A stretch of DNA of 63,925 bases, the filler included, from Acetivibrio sp. (GTDB lineage: Bacteria; Bacillota; Clostridia; Acetivibrionales; Acetivibrionaceae): the NCBI RefSeq assembly GCF_035371925.1. It is 3 parts of 3 records of this genome, joined end to end, with 100 filler letters (N's around TTAATTAATTAA, not from the genome) between each part and the next. Parts side by side here need not be neighbours in the genome. Positions count along the whole stretch, not along the records: positions 47,388 to 63,925 come from NZ_DAORXT010000061.1; 2 more parts are not named here. One strand, given 5' to 3'. This document shows, in pieces, positions 49,635 to 59,162 of the stretch. The notes beneath the pieces are model-generated. The model saw only the letters and a program-made list of their open reading frames with translations, had not been told where the DNA came from and did no database searches. A program made the position numbers and the translations under genes. The number at the start of each line of letters is the position of its first letter. Position 1 is the first letter of the stretch.

Positions 49635-49782
49635 ATTTTAAACGTTGTCAAAATAATTCTAATAAAGTTTTATGTATTTATGAGTCATAGTGTAGTAAAA
49701 TAAGTTTATAGTGCCGGGGTTATTAATTGAAATGATTATAACAATAATGGAAGAGAACTAAACCATACGCGGAGGAGAAAAA

Positions 49783-50850
49783 ATGAAAAAGAGTAAATTA
49801 AAAATTGAGATAATAATAATCACATTATTGTTAATGCTAAGTGGATGTAAAAAAAATCAAGATGTATATAATCCTAGTGGCTCGACTGCTTCACCGTCAC
49901 TGACTTCGAATATTACAGTTACTCCAACTATTACACCTATAGCAGAACCATCTCTGTCAACAGCGGAGCTTTCCATGGAAGCCTATGAAAAGTTTTTGAA
50001 GAATGAAATGAAGGTATCTTTTGACCGTTTTATGACAAAAGACTATCCGGAGGATGCTTTATACAAAGCAGGAAGGGAATATACACTTTCGGAATTACTT
50101 CACGAAGTTACTACGCACTATTTTGAAAACTCTACAAATAAAAAAATTAAATATATAGATTACAGCTATATTGATTTCGGTAAGGACGGAGTGAACGAAT
50201 TGGCTCTTCGCCTAAATGGTATGGACATTTATGCCAAGGATGATGATAGTACTCTTGTTTATATTATAAAATATATCGATGGGAAACTATCTGTTTGCTA
50301 TTATTATGAGACTTGGGCAAGAAGTGAGTCCACAATAAATCAATATGGATATTATAAATCCAGTGGAAGTGGTGGAGCCAGCAATCATATTGCGAAATAT
50401 GGTGTAATTGACAAGGATGGCAATTGGCAGTTTATTGCATCTATTGAAAGTGAATCTGATATAAATAAGCTTGAATGGTTGGACGGGCTCAATCAGATTC
50501 CTAAAGTGGCAGAGGCAAAGGGGATATCCGGTAATATTGAGTTGATTACCGTATGCTTTAATGAAAATGCGGATAATTCGAGTGAGGTTGGCAATAAGGA
50601 GTGTTTTTACACATTTAATGTATATGATGATGATTGGAAACCAATAGAGGATGAGAACCTTTATACGAATAGCATATATAAAGAAATTTTCGATGAGGCA
50701 AAGGTACCATTTATTACGCCGGATCAAGTTTCAAATATGATTAAAGAAAAAGAGGAAAAGTTGGGAGTAACGGCCGAAATTAAAGAAGGGGCAAAATTGA
50801 CCTGGAAGGTTCTTAGTGGAAGTATGTTTAATGATTATGTAGGAAGATGA
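49783..50850 (+). CDS. Hypothetical lipoprotein
   Basis: Lipobox LSGC; Ser/Thr/Pro-rich linker; acidic globular domain. Confidence 0.8.
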   Translation: MKKSKLKIEIIIITLLLMLSGCKKNQDVYNPSGSTASPSLTSNITVTPTITPIAEPSLSTAELSMEAYEKFLKNEMKVSFDRFMTKDYPEDALYKAGREYTLSELLHEVTTHYFENSTNKKIKYIDYSYIDFGKDGVNELALRLNGMDIYAKDDDSTLVYIIKYIDGKLSVCYYYETWARSESTINQYGYYKSSGSGGASNHIAKYGVIDKDGNWQFIASIESESDINKLEWLDGLNQIPKVAEAKGISGNIELITVCFNENADNSSEVGNKECFYTFNVYDDDWKPIEDENLYTNSIYKEIFDEAKVPFITPDQVSNMIKEKEEKLGVTAEIKEGAKLTWKVLSGSMFNDYVGR

Positions 50851-50967
50851 ACTTCCCGTGTTGTCGTGGATTAGGGTATCCCAGCAAAAATCTAAAACCC
50901 GTTGTACAACATAAAATGAATGTTGAAGGTAGAATACATTTCAACAAATGGTAATGAAACAGTTAAC

Positions 50968-50978
50968 AGGGGACGGTT
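50968..50978 (-). repeat. REP-like motif, right (inverted) copy
   Basis: AGGGGACGGTT inside the hairpin ACAGGGGA-N10-TCCCCTGT. Confidence 0.45.
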
Positions 50979-51006
50979 TAGCATCCCCTGTCTTATTATA
51001 CCTTGT

Positions 51007-53469
51007 TTAATTACTGAAGCGGATTCTATCAATCAGTGATTCTTTCTTCATTGATTTTCCAATCAGCAGCGTCAAAATGAATTGGACAATTATAAGCACA
51101 AGTATAACGGTAATGGCAGCTTCTTTAGGGTAATGGTAATTACTGATACTGAAAATCCCTTTTTCCTTCACCCAAAGAAAAACCGGGAAACCGGCTAGAC
51201 TACCTCCACCAACTGCAACAATTAATGTTCCAAAAGTATAAAACAAACCTTCAAGCTGAAGCATTTTATAAAGCTGTACATCGGACATTCCCACTGCCTT
51301 AAGCATTCCGATTTCTTTTTTTCTTACATGCACGCTATAAATCATTGTATTAATCATATTCATGATACAGATTGCACCCAGTATACCAAGAAAAGCATAA
51401 CAAACACCACTTGTCATGGCCATATTTGATTTGTACTGTTCGTACACATCCTTCCAGGCTCTCATCTCTATTCCCCCGGCCTTTTCAATGACTGCCATAA
51501 GCTTTGATTCCACCCCTTCATTATATTTCTCGTCGGCAAATATATGGTAATAAAAGTTCAGATTATTATTGCTAAATGTTTCAATGCCTTCTTGAGCCAT
51601 AATTAAGAAGCAATAATTTGTAAAGCTTCTAGGATAATCTCCAATTGCCGCGATTTCCAAATGTCTTCTGTGAGTTCCGTTTCCATCCTCAACAACCACA
51701 TCTAAAATATCACCAATTCTCAGTTCAGGATACCAACGGAGCAATTTCTTATCAATAATGACTTTGTCACCCGATGTTAAATCATCATAGGTTATATTGC
51801 CTTCAACAATCCCGCTTTCTATTTGCTCCTTTCCGCTCTTCGGGATACCTATAACCCATTCTCTTTCACCGCCAAATGTTTCCGATGACACATATGTACT
51901 CTTATAGCATTCCACTTTAGAAATTCCGTCAATTTGTAAAATTTGCTCTTTTAATTGGTCACTCAACGGATTATTCTTTTGCACTTCGCTCCATTCAAGC
52001 TCCGGATGTTCCTTATTATTAAACTCCACCACAGGTGAAATCTCGTATTCGCCCAAAATAGAGTTGTTTGCTCCTTCTGTAGGATTGGCACAGGACAGTA
52101 TAGTGGCAACCACCATAAAAAATACCCCGGTAATGGCCATAGAGCAAATTGTAATACTGCTTTTTCTTTTGTTTCCGGTAAGATATATTTTTGCAAGTCT
52201 TCCCACCGTAATATCCCGATAACCTTTTCTTTCTTTTTTTCCGTTCTTAAGATATTGTCCTTCTCGATAACGGATGGCTTCAATTTCGGATACCTTTGAC
52301 GCCACTCTCATCGGACGAAGTAAAGACAAATAGACTGTTACTAAAGCAACACCGATAGCAAGCAAATATATCCAAAGATGATAAAGCTGTACTTTACCGC
52401 CGGAAATAAGTTCTTTCATCGTAGCCAGCCTCTGATTCTCATCTTGGTATAGTTCAAACATACCTAAAAATACATACTTGGTCAAAACAGTACCTGCCAG
52501 TAGTCCTGAAGGTATTGCAATTCCCGCCACCGTCAAACCTTCCAAAAGAACGATTTTCCGAAGCTGCGTTTGAGTAGCTCCTATTGCTTTAATCTTACCG
52601 AACTCCTGCACACGCTCTCCCATAGAAACATAATAGATGCTGTAAATTGTAATTACACCGGCTGCTACAATAATCAACATAATTATAATAATCCCCGGAA
52701 CATAGGTCAGATCCACATAATTTGCCATCAGAAAATCCTTATTAATTAACACAGACTGTTCGGAAATACCGAACTGTTCGGCAAGCTTGTTTACTCTTGA
52801 CTCTATTTCTCTCGTAGTTGCAGTATCTTCCGTAGCTACTTGGAATAAGAAACGGTAAGATATCTGAGCTGGAGGAATCTCATTTTTCAAAAAAGATTTT
52901 GATATAAAGGCAGAGTATTTCTTTTGTTGTGTATTCGTATCTGTGTCGGCAATAAATCCGCAAATTACAAAATCCTTTTCCTCAATGAAGTCCAAGCCTC
53001 CATCTCTATAAACCTGATAGGGTATCTTGACGGTATCTCCAATTTGACCGGACTTGGAAAGCTCCTCTAAAATTCCTTTAGACACAACAATTTCATTTTC
53101 CGCCTCAGGAAGCCGGCCTTCTATAAGTTTCATATGATACATATCAAAGCCTTCGGCATCTAAGTATATCATAGAAATATCGGCATCCCCGGCTGCTATA
53201 TAACCCGCATCACCGCGAAGCCCCCAACGTGCAACCGAATGATGCACAGCCAACTTTTCAGCCTTTTCTTCTGCCACATTCCTAAATAGGGCATGCCAGT
53301 TGGGATACATTTCATTGATAACGGCAAACTGACTCTCAATCATGTCATATCCGACAGTCGGAACAAGAAAAAGCAGCAATGTAGTAAGGAAAACAGCAAT
53401 TCCTGTAAGTATATTTTTGCTTTTATTGTATTTGGCATTTGCCAAAGCAATCCTTGTTACCATTCTCAT
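51007..53469 (-). CDS. ABC transporter permease, FtsX/MacB-like
   Basis: Two FtsX-type halves: ERVQEFGKIKAIGAT and RKKEIGMLKAVGMS. Confidence 0.9.
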   Translation of the reverse strand: MRMVTRIALANAKYNKSKNILTGIAVFLTTLLLFLVPTVGYDMIESQFAVINEMYPNWHALFRNVAEEKAEKLAVHHSVARWGLRGDAGYIAAGDADISMIYLDAEGFDMYHMKLIEGRLPEAENEIVVSKGILEELSKSGQIGDTVKIPYQVYRDGGLDFIEEKDFVICGFIADTDTNTQQKKYSAFISKSFLKNEIPPAQISYRFLFQVATEDTATTREIESRVNKLAEQFGISEQSVLINKDFLMANYVDLTYVPGIIIIMLIIVAAGVITIYSIYYVSMGERVQEFGKIKAIGATQTQLRKIVLLEGLTVAGIAIPSGLLAGTVLTKYVFLGMFELYQDENQRLATMKELISGGKVQLYHLWIYLLAIGVALVTVYLSLLRPMRVASKVSEIEAIRYREGQYLKNGKKERKGYRDITVGRLAKIYLTGNKRKSSITICSMAITGVFFMVVATILSCANPTEGANNSILGEYEISPVVEFNNKEHPELEWSEVQKNNPLSDQLKEQILQIDGISKVECYKSTYVSSETFGGEREWVIGIPKSGKEQIESGIVEGNITYDDLTSGDKVIIDKKLLRWYPELRIGDILDVVVEDGNGTHRRHLEIAAIGDYPRSFTNYCFLIMAQEGIETFSNNNLNFYYHIFADEKYNEGVESKLMAVIEKAGGIEMRAWKDVYEQYKSNMAMTSGVCYAFLGILGAICIMNMINTMIYSVHVRKKEIGMLKAVGMSDVQLYKMLQLEGLFYTFGTLIVAVGGGSLAGFPVFLWVKEKGIFSISNYHYPKEAAITVILVLIIVQFILTLLIGKSMKKESLIDRIRFSN

Positions 53470-54146
53470 GGTCTTCTCACCACCCTGCCATCTTCAATCA
53501 CAACGATTACATCTGCCATTTGAGCAATGGTTTCATCATGGGTTATCATAACCAGGGTTTGATTATATTCCTTCACACAATTTCTAAGTAAATTTAAAAC
53601 TTCCAATTCTGTTTTAGAGTCCAAGTTACCCGTTGGTTCATCTGCAAGAATGATTGCAGGGGAAGTGGCTAGAGCTCTTGCTATGGCAACTCTCTGCTTT
53701 TGGCCTCCGGATAGAGTATTTGGCATTGCTTCCTTTTTGTCTGCCAAGCCGATACGTTCCAGAATGTCATCTATCTCCCGGCTATTGACTTTTTTCCCAT
53801 CCAGGCCAATAGGCAGCACTACATTTTCCCAAACATTCAAAGAGGGAATAAGATTATAGTCCTGGAAGACAAATCCTATCTTCTTTCGCCTAAAAGCCGC
53901 CAATTGGTTGTCCTTCAATTTGAAAATGTCTTTACCGTCAATCAGGACTTTGCCGGAATTGGGGCGATCCAGTCCTCCCATTATGTGAAGAAGCGTTGAT
54001 TTACCCGAACCGGAGCGCCCAACAATGGCGGTAAATCTTCCCCTCTCAATTTTTAGGTCGGTATGATCCACTGCCTTAACCACATTATCTCCGGAATTAT
54101 AATATTTTACCAAGTCGCAAACTTCCACAATCACACCCATGTGCAT
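53466..54146 (-). CDS. ABC transporter ATP-binding protein (LolD/MacB-like)
   Basis: [35 protein letters not shown]. Confidence 0.94.
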   Translation of the reverse strand: MHMGVIVEVCDLVKYYNSGDNVVKAVDHTDLKIERGRFTAIVGRSGSGKSTLLHIMGGLDRPNSGKVLIDGKDIFKLKDNQLAAFRRKKIGFVFQDYNLIPSLNVWENVVLPIGLDGKKVNSREIDDILERIGLADKKEAMPNTLSGGQKQRVAIARALATSPAIILADEPTGNLDSKTELEVLNLLRNCVKEYNQTLVMITHDETIAQMADVIVVIEDGRVVRRP

Positions 54147-54263
54147 TCTCCTTACTTTACATATTCCGATGTTTCCATCTGAATATATCCTACACTTTCA
54201 ACATTACAAAACCCTTACAACAACCATAACAATTTTGTAAGGGTTTTTTGCGATATTTGATAT

Positions 54264-55421
54264 TTATAAAGGGAGCATAATTTTAAAAACCGATCCCCCT
54301 TCGGATTTTCTTTTGGCAACAATAGTTCCACCCTGCTGCTCAATAATGCTTCGTGCCAAATAGAGACCTACACCTGCGCCTTCTTTTACCATCTTTTTTG
54401 CCTTACTTCCCCTGTAGAACCGTTTGAATATCTCGTGTAATTCCTCTTCCAGGATACCTATTCCTTCATCTTCAACCTCAAGCAATACACTGCTTGGTAA
54501 ATAACTCACTCTGATATTAATCGCGGTCATCGGCTCAGAATATTTTACGGCATTCTCCAAAACATTCACAATGGCTTCCACTGTCCATTTTCTATCGTGG
54601 GAGATTTCCACATCGCCTTCCATATCCACGCAGATTTCAATATTTTTCTCATGGGCCTTCATAAACACCTGGCTGACAGCTTCACTTAAAGTCTGTTTCA
54701 GACTGTTCTTTTCCTTCTTTATTTGAATCATATTATTTTCAAGACGTGAAAGCTTAACCAGTTCATCCAATAAAACTTCCATTTTCCGGATTTCTTGAGT
54801 TTCTGTCATCAGAAAGTCTTTTTGCTCTTCTTCCGACAACTCCGAAGATTTAGCAAGCTCGTGACACATACGAATGGATGCAAGGGGTGTCTTTAGTTGG
54901 TGAGAGATATCTGTAATCAATTTTTTTGTATTGTTTTCTTCCTCCGCAAGGCGTAATTTCAAATCCGAAAAATAGTATCCCAGTTCACAAAGTTTCCCAT
55001 ATACGCTTTCCAATTTGCTTGAATTACTGCCTTCCTTAAGAGCTGGAAGGATCTCAAAATTACCTTTATGAAATCTAATTAGCTGCTCATATATTAAGTC
55101 AAGTTCTCTATCAAATTCTGCTATAGCATTTCTTTTTTCCCGTTTTCCCGTCAAAGCAAGACCTGCACTCAAAAAGAGTATCATAAAAATCACAGCTGCC
55201 ATAGCAATCAACTTTACCCTATCAACACGGTTTTGATAATATGAAAAATTGTCTTGTAACTCACTCTCAATCCCAGGGTAAATAACTATCAATTCCTGCA
55301 TTTGATTTTCTCGGATTTTGTTCTCATACCTAATACTGCAAAAGCAAAATACCATAACCGCCGCAACAGCTGCAAAGGTCCAAAGGATATATCCTATTTT
55401 CTGCTTACCTTTCCTGTCCAT
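54264..55421 (-). CDS. Sensor histidine kinase
   Basis: Two TM, H-box SHQLKTPL, N-box NVLENAVKYS, DEGIG, FKRFYRG, GVGL. Confidence 0.93.
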   Translation of the reverse strand: MDRKGKQKIGYILWTFAAVAAVMVFCFCSIRYENKIRENQMQELIVIYPGIESELQDNFSYYQNRVDRVKLIAMAAVIFMILFLSAGLALTGKREKRNAIAEFDRELDLIYEQLIRFHKGNFEILPALKEGSNSSKLESVYGKLCELGYYFSDLKLRLAEEENNTKKLITDISHQLKTPLASIRMCHELAKSSELSEEEQKDFLMTETQEIRKMEVLLDELVKLSRLENNMIQIKKEKNSLKQTLSEAVSQVFMKAHEKNIEICVDMEGDVEISHDRKWTVEAIVNVLENAVKYSEPMTAINIRVSYLPSSVLLEVEDEGIGILEEELHEIFKRFYRGSKAKKMVKEGAGVGLYLARSIIEQQGGTIVAKRKSEGGSVFKIMLPL

Positions 55422-56080
55422 AAATATCCCAATCCTCTTACATTTGCAATGTTTTCCGTACCGAGCTTGCTCTTCAGCCTGCTTATGTTCACCGTCACAG
55501 TATTATCGTCAACAAATTGCCCGTCAAATCCCCATACCTTATCCAATATATTTTCCTTGGACAAAATACATCCGGCGTTTTCAAGAAGATATATCAGAAG
55601 CTGTAGCTCGGTTTTGCTTAAATGAACCAAATCGCCGGCCTTTTTAACCGACATTTCCTTCACCGATACTTCAATATCCCCCGACAAAAGCACTCCTTCC
55701 TCCTTCTCATTTATCCTTCGCATAAAGGCATTCACCTTAGAGGTGAGAATATTTACAGAAAAAGGCTTTGTAATATAATCGTCGGCGCCGGTATCATAGC
55801 CGTTTACAATATCAATTTCCTGATCCATTGCGGTAAGATAAATCAAAATCACATTACTTCTTTCTCTCACTGATTTACCGAAATCCAACCCACTCCCGTC
55901 CGGTAGTGTAATATCACAAATAACAAGATCAATGGGCTCACTTTCAAAAATTAACTTTGCTTCATGGATAGTGTATGCAGACAAGACCTGATATCCTTCT
56001 TTACTCAGCTTCAGGCTAATTCCTCTATTCAAATTTTCATCATCTTCCAATAACAAAATTCTCTTCATTTTTGCTATCAA
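55394..56080 (-). CDS. OmpR family response regulator
   Basis: LLEDD, CDITLPDGSG, LTA, DDYITKPF, wHTH VNISRLKSKL. Confidence 0.93.
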   Translation of the reverse strand: MIAKMKRILLLEDDENLNRGISLKLSKEGYQVLSAYTIHEAKLIFESEPIDLVICDITLPDGSGLDFGKSVRERSNVILIYLTAMDQEIDIVNGYDTGADDYITKPFSVNILTSKVNAFMRRINEKEEGVLLSGDIEVSVKEMSVKKAGDLVHLSKTELQLLIYLLENAGCILSKENILDKVWGFDGQFVDDNTVTVNISRLKSKLGTENIANVRGLGYLWTGKVSRK

Positions 56081-56559
56081 CCCACATTAATTAATTTACC
56101 TTTCTACTTGCAAAAAAGGAAAAATTGAAGAAATCGGGCAGCTTGCCAGTCGTGACATAAGTAAGATAATTTATTATACCACACTCTACCAAGGAATTCT
56201 CTACTTCTTTGTAAAATATAAAAAAAGAGAGCCGTACTCTGTTTTACTGTATAATTTATTCTAACTTGGAAGTAATTTTATATCAAATACCAAATCAGAA
56301 GCATTTATTAAAAAACATCGCACTAGCATCATGAGAAATTCCAAGCTTGCTTTCTTGCAATAATCTATTATATATAAAGTTTAAATAATTATTATAGAGA
56401 ATTAGGGCTTGAAGATAGTCGAATTGCTAAATTCATAAAACACGAAAAAACTATTATCTAAATTTCTTTTTCGCTCATTCGACTAACATTCATCATGATT
56501 AACCCTACACAAACCATATGCATTAAAAACCAGAGCAATTCCCAAAATAAATCTTTCCT

Positions 56560-57072
56560 CTACTTTTCCCGTTGCAGCTGCTCTATTTTCCACTGGCATC
56601 TCCATACTATACGAAGCAATGCCAAAACAATAATACCTATCAATATTGAAAAAAAGCCAAAAACAAAGCTCTTTGTCTGTACTGCCGCAATAATTTCCAC
56701 CAATAAGCATATAGCCTCAAATATCGTTGCTCCCAGAAAGAAGTCCTTTATCCTAGTGTACTGATTTATCTTGGAGTCAATATCCGTATACATCTCAAAA
56801 GGACCATCCTCAGCTTTTCTTCTAAGGTAAACCCATCTATACCACTGTGAAACCACTTCCACGCCGCTGTCCTCCATAAATGCAGCAAAATCTTCTTTGG
56901 CTCCGTTCCAACTGTCAAGCAAATCAATTTGATAGATATATTCACCCGGTTCGCACGGAACAAAAGTATATACACCAAGGAAAAAATTCTTTAAGGCCCA
57001 TCCTTCCGATGACATCTTTTGAAGCCAATCCTGCTCTATATCTTTATCATAGTACAATCTAAATTTCTTCAT
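56560..57072 (-). CDS. DUF2812 domain-containing membrane protein
   Basis: EQDWLQKMSSEGWALK...YQIDL...WVYLRRK...IYTD-like pattern, two C-terminal TM; PadR-coupled. Confidence 0.85.
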   Translation of the reverse strand: MKKFRLYYDKDIEQDWLQKMSSEGWALKNFFLGVYTFVPCEPGEYIYQIDLLDSWNGAKEDFAAFMEDSGVEVVSQWYRWVYLRRKAEDGPFEMYTDIDSKINQYTRIKDFFLGATIFEAICLLVEIIAAVQTKSFVFGFFSILIGIIVLALLRIVWRCQWKIEQLQREK

Positions 57073-57386
57073 GCCAATCCCTCCATTAATTTTGCATCTT
57101 GGATAAGCTCTTTCAAGCGCTTTACCTCTTTAAAAAATGCTTCCTTGCCTTGTTCTGTAATGAGATATTCCTTCTTCTTTCTGGATGTTTTGTCCTCGCT
57201 GTACAACGCTATCCATTTTTTATCCAGCAATAAATTTATAGCACCGTATAATGTCCCGGGACCAAGTATCACTCTACCACCGGTAATCTCGCCGACCTCC
57301 TGAATAATCCCATATCCATGATTGGGCTTTCTCACAGCCAAAAGTATATAAAATATTGATTCAGTCAATGGTGAATTGCTGTCCAA
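57069..57386 (-). CDS. PadR family transcriptional regulator
   Basis: PLTESIFYILLA...HGYGIIQ...GPGTLYGAI...KKEYLITEQG; TTG 57386 with SD GGAGGTGA. Confidence 0.92.
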   Translation of the reverse strand: MDSNSPLTESIFYILLAVRKPNHGYGIIQEVGEITGGRVILGPGTLYGAINLLLDKKWIALYSEDKTSRKKKEYLITEQGKEAFFKEVKRLKELIQDAKLMEGLA

Positions 57387-57404
57387 ATATATCACCTCCC
57401 AATC

Positions 57405-57453
57405 TATCGTCTCCCGATATATTAAATATATCATCTCCCGATATATTTGTCAA
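57405..57453 (-). promoter_or_regulatory. SigA promoter with two tandem PadR-type operators
   Basis: TTGACA (57453-57448), 17 nt, TATATT (57430-57425); repeats TATCG-TCTCC-CGATA (57405-57419) and TATCA-TCTCC-CGATA (57429-57443). Confidence 0.7.
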
Positions 57454-57545
57454 TACAAAAATGGAAATAAAATTCTCTTTGTATTACACAAGCCATTTTG
57501 CTATAATTGAGTTTAATACAAGTTTAGAGTAAGGGTGACGCACAG

Positions 57546-58727
57546 ATGAAAAACAAAAGAAATTTACTAATTATTTCCATGGTTATACTTGCAGTCATTA
57601 TCGGTATAACTATTTATTTTGAAAAAGACAGCTCTCAATATGTGGCTTATGCCGACTTTTACAATTATGTGAAGGCAGGCAAAGTAGCTTCCGCAGAAAT
57701 AGGGCAGGATGAAGTTAGATTTTATTTGAATGGGGATCAAACAGAATACCGCACCGACAATCCGGAATTGGATTCTTTTAAAGAATTTTTGCTTCTTAAC
57801 GGTGTTAAAGTTACTTCGGAAAAAAGCGCCGATGAACTTTTAGTTACAGTTACCGATGCGATTTTTAACATTATTTTTTTCGGGATTATAATATTCGGTC
57901 TATATAAATTCATTGATTTTAGGAAAAAGACATTTAAAGTTATCCGAGACAACAAAACGAAATTTTCGGATGTCGCAGGCATGGAAGATTTAAAAAGAGA
58001 AATGCTTCAAGCGGTTGACATCTTAAAGCATCCAAAAGAGTATGCAGCCAAAGGAATTCGCCCGATAAACGGTGTTTTGCTGGAAGGCAATCCCGGAAAC
58101 GGAAAGACGTTGTTTGCAAGGGCATTGGCAGGCGAAGCCAAGGTAAATTTCATTGCCACCAAGGCAACGGATTTTCAAAGTGCGATTATGTCAATAGGAC
58201 CTGCCAAAGTTAAAGCCCTGTTTAGAAAAGCCCGCGCCAACAAGCCTTGTATCATATTTATAGATGAGTTTGACGGAATAGGTGAAAAGCGTAATTATTC
58301 CGGAACGGGAATTGACAAAGAAAACAATAGAATTATTGCTGCAATGCTAAACGAGATGGACGGCTTTACCCGTGAAGAGGGTGTTATGGTTATCGCAGCA
58401 ACCAACAACTATAAAGCTCTTGATGAGGCATTGGTGCGTGCAGGAAGGTTCGATAAAAAATATACTGTTCCCAATCCCGATTATAAAACCAGAATTGAGC
58501 TTATAAAAATATATACAAGAAACAAAAAACTGTCGGAAAGTATATCAGTTGAACAGTTGGCTTCAAAATTTGATGGCTTAAGCTGTTCCCAGATAGAAAC
58601 AATACTTAATGAAGCTGCAGTGGTCGCCACCGGTGAGGGGCTGGGAGAAATAACCGAAAGCGCCTTGGTTGAAGCAATAAAAAGGATATGCTATGTTGCA
58701 TCAGCCAAAGAAGCAAAAAAAAGATAA
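57546..58727 (+). CDS. FtsH-like membrane AAA+ ATPase lacking the M41 protease domain
   Basis: TM-extracellular loop-TM, FSDVAG, GNPGNGKT, IIFIDEFD, ALVRAGRFD; protein ends just after the AAA lid and has no HExxH. Confidence 0.85.
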   Translation: MKNKRNLLIISMVILAVIIGITIYFEKDSSQYVAYADFYNYVKAGKVASAEIGQDEVRFYLNGDQTEYRTDNPELDSFKEFLLLNGVKVTSEKSADELLVTVTDAIFNIIFFGIIIFGLYKFIDFRKKTFKVIRDNKTKFSDVAGMEDLKREMLQAVDILKHPKEYAAKGIRPINGVLLEGNPGNGKTLFARALAGEAKVNFIATKATDFQSAIMSIGPAKVKALFRKARANKPCIIFIDEFDGIGEKRNYSGTGIDKENNRIIAAMLNEMDGFTREEGVMVIAATNNYKALDEALVRAGRFDKKYTVPNPDYKTRIELIKIYTRNKKLSESISVEQLASKFDGLSCSQIETILNEAAVVATGEGLGEITESALVEAIKRICYVASAKEAKKR

Positions 58728-59162
58728 TATTATTACTTGGCCGAGTGCCGGCAAGTGGGGACAAAAATCCCCCTTATTTTTTATCAACTTGCCAAAATAC
58801 TATTCTCTCAAACGGATTCGTCTTGGTATAAAATTTATGTAAAAAATGACAATTCAATCATTATAAACCCACCCAAAAGATATAACTCCCGCTGCGTCCT
58901 GTGCGTTCTCCAAAGCGGCATTTTCTGCGCCATCCATTGTATAATTATTCAAAGTATGATATTATTATATCAAATTGGGGAATTAGCATTATAATATTTT
59001 CAATATAAAAAGTAAAATTATTATGTTTAAGTGGTTTGCATTTCTTGTTAAAATAGTAACAGCTTTATGTTGACAAAATCCCGGAGATACGATAATTTAT
59101 AACAATAAATGCATAAATCAAATAAAATAATTTATAAAAATTAATGTAAGGAGAATGTTTGT

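Noticed and set aside
56145..56156. GTCACGACTGGC on the minus strand resembles the ZTP riboswitch 5' motif
   Set aside because: No P2 hairpin or 3' CGCCUGGGC-type pseudoknot partner; the downstream gene is an unrelated response regulator; the fhs leader also lacks the motif.
58860..58935. GC-richer patch in the AT-rich intergenic region after the FtsH-like gene
   Set aside because: Only a 5-bp stem, no recognisable ncRNA motif and no credible ORF with an SD; not a missing protease domain.
59110..59135. Possible ArgR box before the amino acid ABC operon
   Set aside because: Only a half-site-like ATGCATAA; the symmetry is too weak in very AT-rich DNA.
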